A stretch of DNA of 64,000 nt, taken from contig OZ219787.1 in NCBI GenBank assembly GCA_964291285.2, forward strand, positions 1,504,001-1,568,000, in the 5' to 3' direction. This DNA comes from Alphaproteobacteria bacterium. GTDB taxonomy: Bacteria; Pseudomonadota; Alphaproteobacteria; Bin95. The notes under the pieces are model-generated. The model was not told where the DNA came from, did not search any database, and saw nothing but the letters and a program-made list of their open reading frames with translations. Within the stretch, counting starts at the first letter, position 1. Each line of letters opens with the position of its first letter. The position numbers and the translations under genes are program-made. This document shows positions 9,921 to 18,930 of the stretch, one piece after another.

Positions 9921-10355
9921 ATGAGGAACGCCGCCCGCCTGTTCACCTGCGCTTCGTGCCATCGCCAGGTTGTGCTGTGCCGGCGGTGCGACCACGGCAA
10001 CATCTACTGCTCGCGTCCGTGCAGCGGCCGGGCGCGGCGGCGCTCGCTGCGCCTTGCCGGGCGTCGCTACCAGAACAGCCGGCGGGGCCGTCACAAGCAT
10101 GCCGAACGCCAGCGGCGCTACCGCGAGCGCCGTCGCGTCCGTGCGCCTGAGGAGGGGCGCCGTGCGCAGAAAGTGACGCATCACCCTTTGACCCGTTCAC
10201 CGCGCCGTCCTGTTGTGGCGGGCATGCCGGCGGGGCGCTCGGGAAGGAGGCCCTTCGGACCCGACCGTCCCGCCGGAGTGTTCCGCTGCGATCACTGCGG
10301 GCGGTTCTGCGCCCGGGCGGTCTATCCGGGCCTGCGCCCGGCGCGAAGGGAGTGA
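9921..10355 (+). CDS. Cys-rich (Zn-binding), Arg-rich IS21 accessory protein
   Basis: CxxC..CxxC..CxxxC and C-terminal CxxC; ends 1 nt before the istA ATG. Confidence 0.7.
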   Translation: MRNAARLFTCASCHRQVVLCRRCDHGNIYCSRPCSGRARRRSLRLAGRRYQNSRRGRHKHAERQRRYRERRRVRAPEEGRRAQKVTHHPLTRSPRRPVVAGMPAGRSGRRPFGPDRPAGVFRCDHCGRFCARAVYPGLRPARRE

Positions 10356-10356
10356 G

Positions 10357-11862
10357 ATGGCGATCGACCAGCAGACCCGGGCCGAGATCCTGCGGCTGTA
10401 TTTTGCCGAGAAGTGGCGGATCGGCACGATCGCGCGCCAGCTCGGCGTCCACCACGGCACGGTCGAGCGCGCGGTGGCGGCCGCCGGGGCGCCCACGCCT
10501 GAGAAGCGGCGCAGATCTTCGATGATCGATCCGTTCCTGCCCTTCGTCCGCCAGACCCTGGCGGTCTGGCCGAAGTTGCCCTCCAGCCGGCTCTACCGGA
10601 TGGCGGTCGAGCGCGGTTACCGGGGGTGCGAGAGCCACTTCCGGCGCATGATCGCGCCCGAGCGTCCGCGGCCGGTGGCCGAGGCCTATCTGCGCCTCAA
10701 GGCCCTGCCCGGCGAGCAGGCCCAGGTCGACTGGGCCCACTTCGGCAAGGTGAGGATCGGGCGTGCGGAGCGCCCGCTGATGGCCTTCGTGATGGTGCTC
10801 GGCCACTCGCGCCGCCTCTTCCTGCGCTTCTACCTCAACGCCGGGATGGACAACTTCCTGCGCGGCCATGTCGAGGCCTTCGAGGCTTGGCAGGGCGTGC
10901 CCCGCGAGCTCTGGTACGACAATCTGAAGAGCGTCGTGCTGGAGCGGCGCGGCGACGCCATCCGCTTCAATCCCCGGCTTCTCGACTTCGCAGGCGCCTA
11001 CCGCTTCCTGCCGAAGCCGGTCGCGGTCGCCCGAGGCAACGAGAAGGGCCGCGTCGAGCGGGCCATACGCTATGTGCGCGACAGCTTCTTCGCCGCCCGC
11101 GCCTGGCGTGACCTCGACGATCTCAACGCCCAGGCCCGGGAGTGGTGCGAGGGCGTCGCCGCCGACCGCCCCTGGCCGGACGACCGCTCCCTCACCGTGA
11201 GCGAGGCCTTCGAGCGCGAGCGCGGCTCCCTGATGGCGCTGCCCGACGACCGTCCCCCCGTCGACGAGAGGGTCGAGGTCAGGATCGCCAAGACCCCCTA
11301 TGCCAGGTTCGACCTCAATGACTACAGCGTCCCGCATACCCATGTCCGGCGCACCCTCACCGTGGCCGCGACGCTGGAAGAGGTGCGCATCCTCGACGGC
11401 ATGGAGGTCATCGCCCGCCATCCGCGCAGCTTCGACAAGGCGGCCCGCATCGAGAACCCCGAACACATTGAGGAGCTGGTCAGGCGCAAGCGTCACGCCC
11501 GCAGCCTGCGCGGGCAGAGCCGGCTGCTCCAGGCCGCGCCCAACAGCGAGCGCCTGATCGCCGAGGCCGCCCCCCGCGGCGCTTATATCGGCGCCACCGT
11601 CGCCGCCCTGCTGCGCCTGCTCGACCAATACGGCGCCGCCGAGCTCGAAGCCGCCATCGACGAGGCCCTCGAACGCGGCGTCCCCCATCCCAATGCCGTG
11701 CGCCTCAGCCTCACACGGCGGCGCGAACTGCAGGACAGGCCGCCGCCGATCCCCATCGACCTGCCCAGGGACCCGCGCGTGCGCGACATCGCCGTGCGCG
11801 ATCACGATCTCGGCGGATACGACGGGCTGGCCGGCTACCATGAAAAGGACAGCGAAGAATGA
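10357..11862 (+). CDS. istA: IS21 transposase IstA
   Basis: PGEQAQVDW, YDNLKS, KGRVER motifs. Confidence 0.95.
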   Translation: MAIDQQTRAEILRLYFAEKWRIGTIARQLGVHHGTVERAVAAAGAPTPEKRRRSSMIDPFLPFVRQTLAVWPKLPSSRLYRMAVERGYRGCESHFRRMIAPERPRPVAEAYLRLKALPGEQAQVDWAHFGKVRIGRAERPLMAFVMVLGHSRRLFLRFYLNAGMDNFLRGHVEAFEAWQGVPRELWYDNLKSVVLERRGDAIRFNPRLLDFAGAYRFLPKPVAVARGNEKGRVERAIRYVRDSFFAARAWRDLDDLNAQAREWCEGVAADRPWPDDRSLTVSEAFERERGSLMALPDDRPPVDERVEVRIAKTPYARFDLNDYSVPHTHVRRTLTVAATLEEVRILDGMEVIARHPRSFDKAARIENPEHIEELVRRKRHARSLRGQSRLLQAAPNSERLIAEAAPRGAYIGATVAALLRLLDQYGAAELEAAIDEALERGVPHPNAVRLSLTRRRELQDRPPPIPIDLPRDPRVRDIAVRDHDLGGYDGLAGYHEKDSEE

Positions 11863-12653
11863 CCGACACCCTCATGAACCGCGCCCGCGCGCTGGGCCTG
11901 CACGGCCTCCTCGCCCATTGGGGCGAAGTCGCGGAGCGCGACTGGCTCGCCTCCCTGATCGCGTGGGAAGAAGATGAGAAGCGCGCCCGAAGCCTCAAAC
12001 GCCGCCTCGCCGACGCCCGCCTCGGACAGTTCAAGCCGCTCGCAGACTTCGACTGGGACTGGCCAAGGCGCTGCGACCGCATGGCCGTCGAGGACCTCAT
12101 GACCCTCGACTTCCTCAAGGAGGCCGCAAACCTCGTACTGGTCGGACCCAACGGCGTCGGAAAGTCCACCATCGCCGCCAATATCGCCCACCGCGCCGTC
12201 CTCGAAGGCCACATCGTGCGCTTCGCAACCGCCGCCAGCCTGCTCGGCGAACTCGCCGCCATCGACTCCGACACCCTGCTCCAGCGCAGGCTGCGCTTCT
12301 ACGCCCGACAGCACCTGCTGGTCATCGACGAAGTCGGATATCTCTCCTACTCCAACCGCCACGCCGACCTGCTGTTCAACATCGTCTCAAGCCGCAGCCA
12401 GCAGAACTCAACCATAATCACCACGAACCGCCCCTTCGCCGAGTGGAGCGAGGCCTTCCCAAACGCCGCCTGCCTGGTCGCCCTCGTCGACCGGCTCGTC
12501 CACAACGCCGAGATCGTCGCCATCGACGGCGACTCCTGGCGCCGCAAGGAAGCCGAGGAACGTCAGAAGCAGCGCAGCGCCGAACGCCGCCGCCGGCGCG
12601 GACCGAAAGCCGGGCAAAGCACTGGAAAGGCGAACCCGGTCCCGTCGCCATAG
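11859..12653 (+). CDS. istB: IS21 helper ATPase IstB
   Basis: GPNGVGKS Walker A, LLVIDEVGY Walker B, ITTN, VDRLVH, GDSWR. Confidence 0.95.
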   Translation: MTDTLMNRARALGLHGLLAHWGEVAERDWLASLIAWEEDEKRARSLKRRLADARLGQFKPLADFDWDWPRRCDRMAVEDLMTLDFLKEAANLVLVGPNGVGKSTIAANIAHRAVLEGHIVRFATAASLLGELAAIDSDTLLQRRLRFYARQHLLVIDEVGYLSYSNRHADLLFNIVSSRSQQNSTIITTNRPFAEWSEAFPNAACLVALVDRLVHNAEIVAIDGDSWRRKEAEERQKQRSAERRRRRGPKAGQSTGKANPVPSP

Positions 12654-12655
12654 CC

Positions 12656-13528
12656 ATGCATCCCTCCCGCCCCCGCGAGCGGCGGGTGCGGGCCGAGAGC
12701 CTGCGGGGCTATCCCCTCGAACCCGTCGCCCGAGCCCTCGGCTACCGCAGCGATCCCGACAATGCCGTGCGCTGGAGACGGCCAGGATCGGTCCTCTCCA
12801 TCAACCGCTTCATGTTCTACGACCATCTGCGCGCAGAGGAGGGAGCCGGGGCTATCGAACTGGCGGTCCATGCGCTCGGATGCACCCCGCCGGACGCCAT
12901 CGACTTCCTCGCCGAACTGTCCGACCTCTCAATGCCCCCAGGCGGCCGCCGGCAGGCGCCGGCCAAGGACCCCCGCTGGCCCAACCTCCGGCGATACCTC
13001 GTCGAGCGGCGCGGCCTCGCGGACGCGCTCGTCACCCTGTGCCGCGACCTCGGCCTGGTCCATGCCGACCCTCACGGCAACCCCGTGTTCGTCCGCCGAA
13101 ACGCCGCCGGCGAGGCTACCGGCATCGAAACCGTCACCGCTGACCGCAAAACGACCGCGGGCGGCGGCTTCTGGATGTCCTGGGAGACCGAATGGCCACA
13201 CGCCGTCATCCTGGCCGGCAACGCCCTCGACGCACTCTCCATCCTCTCCCTCCACCTCGGCCCGGTAAAACGCACCGAATGCGCCACCGTCTCCACCGGC
13301 GCCGTCGCCACCAAAGTCCCCAAATGGATCGAGGCATGGAACCCGCGCCTCATCTTCTGTGCATACGACGCCACCACAAACGGCGATCACGCCGCAAGGC
13401 GCCTCGCCCGCAACGACACCAGAATCGTCCGGCTGCGACCCGCACTCGACAACCGGGACTGGAACGACATGCTCATCCGCGACCGAGCCGGCGAACCAAT
13501 CGAAACCGATGACCAACAGATCAACTGA
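12656..13528 (+). CDS. DUF3991/Toprim-like passenger protein, probably degenerate
   Basis: GAIELAVH, YLVERRGL, GNALDALS, CAYD, DWND motifs; lies inside the IS21 IRs. Confidence 0.7.
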   Translation: MHPSRPRERRVRAESLRGYPLEPVARALGYRSDPDNAVRWRRPGSVLSINRFMFYDHLRAEEGAGAIELAVHALGCTPPDAIDFLAELSDLSMPPGGRRQAPAKDPRWPNLRRYLVERRGLADALVTLCRDLGLVHADPHGNPVFVRRNAAGEATGIETVTADRKTTAGGGFWMSWETEWPHAVILAGNALDALSILSLHLGPVKRTECATVSTGAVATKVPKWIEAWNPRLIFCAYDATTNGDHAARRLARNDTRIVRLRPALDNRDWNDMLIRDRAGEPIETDDQQIN

Positions 13529-14314
13529 AAAACCGCAACCGGCCGAAAAATGTCAGCGAATAGGCGCGCTCTGTAACCGTCGCTAACACGAGGCGCTGCC
13601 GCGACCGGATGGCCGGGAGCGAGTGTTCCCCGAGACCCTCACATCGGCAAGGCTTTACACCTTCTGGTGCGGTATCCGCGACGAGGCGGGGCTTCCGGGC
13701 CTTCGTATCCACGACTGCCGCCATACCTGGGCCTCGCAGGGCGTCATGAACGGCGTCGGGCTCACCACCGTCGGACGGCTGCTCGGACACCGCAAGCGGG
13801 AGACCACCGCGATCTACGCCCATCTCGACGATGGCGCGCTGCGCGACGCCGCCGCCCAGGCCGCGGCCGTCATCGCGCGAGCGATGGGGTACAAGGCGGA
13901 AGCGCCTCCGCTGCCGGACGAGGCGGCGCACGGCGATGCATCGGCCGACATACCTGCGCCGTCCAGGCCCGGTGCGTCGGCATCACCGGAGGGAGGGCGA
14001 TCCTCCCTCCGGGGCAGGACCGGGGATCCGGAGCGATCGGATGCAAGCATCCGCCGTAGACCGCAGGGTATCGGGATCTGAGTTTGCGGCGGGCATGGAG
14101 CTGATCGGGGACCCTCAGGCGGAGTCTTGCCGTGAAAATGGTTGGGAATCAGGCGCACGAAAACCCCTCCCCGCCAAAGCACTGCTCCCGAGGCGTCCGA
14201 TACTCGCCATCTGCGGCGCCCGTCTTGCGAACCGTGACCGGTAGGCAACCCCGTAAAAGCCCGAAGTCCCGCCCGCGCGGCCGGCACCTGTTTTCATGAT
14301 ACGGGGTGGCCGAC

Positions 14315-15992
14315 GGGCGTGAGTCTGACATGGCGATGCCGGGACCGGTCGGCTGATGTGGCTCATGCGGCGCGCCTGGCGGCGTAGCCAAGGCAGTTGT
14401 TGTCGTTGGCCGGGGTATCAGCATCGCTCATGAGGCCTGCCCATGCGCGGTCGAAGCGCCCGGATTTGATGAGGGCGCGTACGGTGAGGACGGCCTGCGC
14501 GCCGGCGATGCGCCATCGCATGCCGGAGCGCTTCATCCTCTGTGCGACGAGGGTTTTGTTTGCGGCCTCGACAACGCCGGAGCCGATGGTGATGCCGCGG
14601 TCGCTGAGGTTGCGGTATCGCATGCGCTTGCGGTGCTTGCGGAAGAAGGCGAGTTCGCGCTCGATGACGGTGCGCGCGGTGCGGTTGCCGCCTGCCTTGT
14701 CGCGCAGGTAGCGCAGCGCCCGGATCACCTTGGCGCTGCCGTGCGGGTCGTGTCGCAGGGTATGGCGGCAAGTCTCGAACCAGCGGGGATCGACGGCATG
14801 GTCGGAGGCTGTGCGGAGATGCTCGCAGGCGTGCCAGAAGTCGACGGCCACGGCCTCGGGCGAGAGGCTCTCCAGGAAGGTCCAGTTGTCGGGGGCGCCC
14901 CCCGCCTTCGCAGGGGCAGGCTCTGGCGACGGCGACTATGGCGATGTCGGGCCGGGCCTGGCGGATATGCGCGACCTCGCTTGCGAGTTGCGCCTTCAGC
15001 GTGGGCTTGCCGCTCTCCGGCATGCGGGCGAAGTAGAGGGTCTTGAGCCGTTCGCCTTGGGCGTCGTGGAAGGAGACCGTGCCGCAGGCGGCCTCGCGCC
15101 AGCAGGCCTCGTCGCGCCCGTCCTCGCCGGCACGCAGCGCCACCATGACGCCGTCGAGCGAGACCGAGGCGCTGACTGCCTCGGATGGGATGTCTTCCGT
15201 GTTGCGGATACTGTCCAGCGCCTGCGGCCCCAGGCCCTCCCAGCGCTCATGCATGGTCCGGGCGAGCCGCTGCAAGCTGCTCGCCGACGGCACCATGGCG
15301 CCCATCTCCGAGAAGAACTCTTCCGCTTCCCTGGCCGTGCCGTGGCCCATCATCATCAGCCCGAGCCGCGCGGCCGGGCGCGTCAGCCAGTCGTTCACCA
15401 GCCCCAGGCTCTCGTCCACCGGCACGAACGAGGGGCCGCCCACGCCGTGGCGATAACGCGCCCGCCTGTAGGTCACCGGGCCGAGCGCGCTCATGATCGT
15501 CTTCGGCGTCGCCGCCACACGGAACCGGCGTTGCCCGGCCCGCTCGACCCGCTCAGCCCCGTCGTCGAGGCGCTCGATCCACGACCCCAGAACCTCGCAG
15601 CCCAGCGCGTTCACCTTCGCCTGCACACGCCGCTCCATCTCTTCGAACGCCGCCGGGCAGGGCTCCACAGGAAGCGGCGCGCGGCACACAGTCGCCAATC
15701 CCGTCAACGCCTCCAGAACCCGAGCCGGCAAGCCCGACAGATCGATGGACGAAGACTGCGCAGGCTGCGACACTGGCATGGGACCGCTCCCGAGGTTGAT
15801 GTGGCAACAGCATCCTACCCTGCCTCTGGCGGGGCGGAGCGGTCCCGCACAACGGCCCCGCCATCGTGCGATCGTGACAAATGCCGGCCCTCCAACCCCC
15901 GATTGTCACCAAACCCCGTAATCGGGAACCCGAAACAAAGGCAAAATCTCAATATATCAACCGGTTACGATAGCCATACCGGACTTGCACCC
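14315..15992 (-). mobile_element. ISKra4/ISLre2-like (Mutator/IS256 superfamily) IS nested in the MITE
   Basis: IRs GGGCGTGAGTCTGACATGGC / rc GGGTGCAAGTCCGGTATGGC; 8-bp TSD TGGCCGAC at 14307-14314 and 15993-16000. Confidence 0.85.
14363..15779 (-). pseudogene. ISKra4/UPF0236-like transposase, frameshifted by a REP-like insert near 14900-14924
   Basis: SLDG, DFWHACEHL, IGSGVVEAANK, RMKRSGMRW motifs split between two frames at the insert. Confidence 0.85.
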
Positions 15993-16253
15993 TGGCCGAC
16001 CCGCCCGGCAATGGACGTTTGTGCGCCCGATCTCCATAATTTTCACGACAAATCACAGGCGGTCTACGCTAGAGGCTTACGTTGAAGCGCGCTCACAAGG
16101 GAACCTCCCACAAGCTCTCCGGGACCCTTGTTCTCCCCTAAGCGCCGGTTAACGCAGCCCGCATCTTCCGGGCCGTGGGGCGCGACAGGGGCCTTGGATA
16201 GCCGGGAAGGCCGGCGCGGCGCTCTACGGCGATTTGCGGCGGCGCGCCGGCGG

Positions 16254-17003
16254 TCAGGCGAATTTCAGGATTGCGACGGCCAGCGCGATCATGCCGAAGA
16301 TTGCAAGCAGCATCGCCCGGTCGCGCTGCGCCAGTTCCTTCGATAGCCGCTCAATATCGGTCTTGTATTCCGCCGCCTTCGATGCCGGCCGCCCGTTCTC
16401 CGATGACGAGGCGCCGTTCCGATGGCCGCCTCGCGGCTCGGCTTGCGCCGGCAGGGCGGTGAGCTTGTCGGCCCTTGCCCGGCTTGCGGCAGCGAGGATC
16501 GGTTCCGTGTGACGCGGCGGGGCGCTGGCAGTAGGATTCCAGGGCCTCGGCCTCCTGATCGGTTCCGTGTGACGCGGCGGGGCGGGTTCTTCTGCCGGCA
16601 GTGCTGCCCGGACGGGCGCAGCATGGACGCCGTCTGCATAGTCTTCACGGACGGACAGACGGTCCAGACGGTCGAGGATATCCAGCAAGCGGTTCCTGGC
16701 GACGGTATCTTCCATTCCATCAACCAGCGTTTCGACCCACGCCGCCAGTCTCCGAGCGTTGTGCGGGTGATATTGCTTGTTCCATTGAGAACATATATAC
16801 CATCGATCATTATAAAGGTACGGATAGTACCTTTTTTGGTACTTCCCGTCTCTATCTCTGCGGATCAGTGTATAGCTGAGCTTTAAGCCCAAGGGATTTT
16901 TAGTGGTCAACAAAAAATTGATTGTTTCGTTGTCCAGCGTTCCGGGAAAGTCCTCGAGAACGGTTCGCATAAAATATTGCACAATCTTCTGAAGCGTGTC
17001 CAT
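16254..17003 (-). CDS. hypothetical protein, apparently chimeric (AT-rich N-terminal domain, Pro/Arg linker, coiled coil plus C-terminal TM helix)
   Basis: GGAGG RBS before ATG 17003; C-terminus YKTDIERLSKELAQRDRAMLLAIFGMIALAVAILKFA. Confidence 0.55.
   Translation of the reverse strand: MDTLQKIVQYFMRTVLEDFPGTLDNETINFLLTTKNPLGLKLSYTLIRRDRDGKYQKRYYPYLYNDRWYICSQWNKQYHPHNARRLAAWVETLVDGMEDTVARNRLLDILDRLDRLSVREDYADGVHAAPVRAALPAEEPAPPRHTEPIRRPRPWNPTASAPPRHTEPILAAASRARADKLTALPAQAEPRGGHRNGASSSENGRPASKAAEYKTDIERLSKELAQRDRAMLLAIFGMIALAVAILKFA
16422..16640 (+). pseudogene. P4-type primase zinc-ribbon remnant
   Basis: LRRQGGELVGPCPACGSEDRF...GGFFCRQC; no downstream primase domain. Confidence 0.6.
16497..16584. 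repeat. Two perfect 28-bp direct repeats separated by a 32-bp spacer
   Basis: GATCGGTTCCGTGTGACGCGGCGGGGCG at 16497-16524 and 16557-16584. Confidence 0.9.
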
Positions 17004-17081
17004 AGCGTTCCTCCAAGGGGCTGGGCAGACGGGGATTTTGCACCCGAACATTTGCGTACCATCTCACTTCTCAAATTCACC

Positions 17082-18353
17082 TCAACAGATAGTGAATTTC
17101 TGAGGTAGCTGAGCAGATTCGCTTCCGAGAGCCAACCTATAGGAGTACAGAAGCTTCCGCCGGTCTACCTCGATACCGCTCATGTATGTCAGGAGGCGTC
17201 CGGCCAACGGTGCACCTTTCGCAATCATTCTTTTCCGCTCTGTATCCCAAATTATCCCCCTAAATGGCGGTAGCGCCATATCCAACGGAAAGTTATGTGC
17301 TCTCTCAAAAGCTGCATTTAAATCCTTCGACTTTGCTATCATTGCCATGGCATTGGCGAACGCTATTTGTCCAACCGGGCGAAAGAGTACATTTCGTACT
17401 TCAGGACTCCGCGCGATTTGGGCGATTCCACTATTGGGGCCCTCTTCTAGGTATCGCTGCAATTCTACATTTAGCTTCGCCATGCTACAAAAATATTGCA
17501 GAACTCGATTATAGTAATAGTCAATACGTGCCTCAGAAAGGCGTATGTTAATCGCTTCTTTGACCTCTACTCTCTCCTCCACGCTGGCCGCCAACGCATT
17601 GGAAAGAAGTCGCTTGATTACCGTATAGAGTGTCGCTATAGAAAACAGTGCATCAGAATCAGCAGGAATTGTTGACGTAAAACTCTTGATATCAACTTGA
17701 CCATGTGAAAACCACTTATGATCATCAACCAAGCGTCGCGCTAGAATGGCGGGCAGATCGATTTCATCGAGAATTATTATGTCCTTGAGGCCAACTGGCA
17801 CAGCGCGCTTATTTAAGTCAATAAACAATCTCCGGGTTCTTTGAATTCCTGTATCGGTATTCAAGTGAGGCACAAACAGGACAGTAAGTATATCACCCGA
17901 TGCGTTACCACCGTTCTCAAGTGCTCTTTTAATTCCAGAAACACGGTGCTGGCCATCGAGAGCAAACAGACGCTCGGTGCCTGTCAATTCCAGGAAGCCG
18001 ACACGCTCCTGCTCCGCGAGGTATCCGATATTCTCCATGTTAAAATCAGGTCGAGCTGTGATTCCGAAAGGATGCCAAACCGGTTCTCCCCCATATATAC
18101 CCACAACGATGGCATTGAAGAAGCGGGAGTCAGTTTCTTTCAGGTAGTTCGCGATTGCATCCTGCCGATTTCGTTTTCCAGAACCTGAGTCTTGCAATTG
18201 TCGCTGAATCAAGTTGCCTAGATTTCGGTTCTTATGCAGTAAATGGGCGAAACCAATGCGATCTTTGACTTCAGACAACGGCATTATTGCTGCATAGTAA
18301 ACCCAATCTCCAAATTGGCCTTGAAGGGCTGGCAATAGGATCGGTGTAGTCAT
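17082..18353 (-). CDS. DGQHR-domain (DndB-like) protein
   Basis: IQR, RFFNAIVVG, ALDGQHR, RRLFIDLNK motifs; ATGA-coupled to the upstream gene. Confidence 0.88.
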   Translation of the reverse strand: MTTPILLPALQGQFGDWVYYAAIMPLSEVKDRIGFAHLLHKNRNLGNLIQRQLQDSGSGKRNRQDAIANYLKETDSRFFNAIVVGIYGGEPVWHPFGITARPDFNMENIGYLAEQERVGFLELTGTERLFALDGQHRVSGIKRALENGGNASGDILTVLFVPHLNTDTGIQRTRRLFIDLNKRAVPVGLKDIIILDEIDLPAILARRLVDDHKWFSHGQVDIKSFTSTIPADSDALFSIATLYTVIKRLLSNALAASVEERVEVKEAINIRLSEARIDYYYNRVLQYFCSMAKLNVELQRYLEEGPNSGIAQIARSPEVRNVLFRPVGQIAFANAMAMIAKSKDLNAAFERAHNFPLDMALPPFRGIIWDTERKRMIAKGAPLAGRLLTYMSGIEVDRRKLLYSYRLALGSESAQLPQKFTIC

Positions 18354-18838
18354 TGCCACGCACTCCTGGCATCGCGAACCTCAGCGGAGAAGTCTCTACG
18401 GCTATAGGGTGGCATCATGGCATCATTGAAGTCTTTTTCAAGTTTAGAAATATCAAGGGTAGTTGTGTCAATCTCCGACCAGATAAGCATTAATTCGCCT
18501 TCAAACACATGTAAGAATCGTCGGACGGGAGTCCGGCCCGAACTCGAGTCCTTTTCAGAAAAATATTTCATGCAACGTCTTCGAAGCGAAACTCTGGAGA
18601 TTCCACCATATAGGGAAAGTCCGAGAGGCGGAAGACAAGTGAGATCATGTCCGACGTGAAAACAATATACGCCGGGTCTGTCGCTGATCTTGGATACTTC
18701 GTCAGGTTCGAAGGGTGTGAAATGCCAGTTAGGTTGGTATTGGGCACAAAACAGCCGCCAGCGATCCGGGAACAGTGCAATTCGGACGGTTCGCAAGTCG
18801 AGTTCCGCAAGCTGGTCGATAAATGGGTGCAGGGACAT
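18350..18838 (-). CDS. GIY-YIG-like endonuclease
   Basis: PGVY...LYGG.S..SLRRR...LEKDF....PPY pattern. Confidence 0.55.
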   Translation of the reverse strand: MSLHPFIDQLAELDLRTVRIALFPDRWRLFCAQYQPNWHFTPFEPDEVSKISDRPGVYCFHVGHDLTCLPPLGLSLYGGISRVSLRRRCMKYFSEKDSSSGRTPVRRFLHVFEGELMLIWSEIDTTTLDISKLEKDFNDAMMPPYSRRDFSAEVRDARSAWQ

Positions 18839-18930
18839 CAGGCTATCTCAGCTCTCAGCGGGAATTTGCGTTCTTTCATGTGCAATCCGCACACAGTCGC
18901 GAAAGCAGGAGACGGTAGGTGGCTGTTGGT

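Larger units (their letters stand above)
9540..13588 (+). mobile_element. IS21-family element with two extra genes (4049 bp)
   Basis: TG...CA ends with imperfect IRs (TGTAGGTGACGGTCGTAAAAGGCGCTTATTTGCTG / rc TGTTAGCGACGGTTACAGAGCGCGCCTATTCGCTG); 5-bp TSD CGAGG at 9535-9539 and 13589-13593. Confidence 0.92.
8684..14081 (+). pseudogene. tyrosine recombinase (second of pair A), interrupted by the IS21 element
   Basis: 8684-9539 plus 13594-14081 rejoin in frame (AARLVE|ALPRPDGRERVFP...HDCRH...LGH...IYAH) after removing the IS and one CGAGG. Confidence 0.9.
14123..16055. mobile_element. MITE-like non-autonomous element (about 247 bp without the nested IS)
   Basis: About 40-bp imperfect IRs (AGTCTTGCCGTGAAAATGGTTGGGAATCAGGCGCAC / rc TGATTTGTCGTGAAAATTATGGAGATCGGGCGCAC); 7-bp TSD CAGGCGG at 14116-14122 and 16056-16062. 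Confidence 0.7.

Noticed and set aside
16497-16584. Functional CRISPR array
   Set aside because: Only two repeats, no leader or cas genes, and the repeat is part of a primase coding remnant; kept only as a possible off-target integration scar
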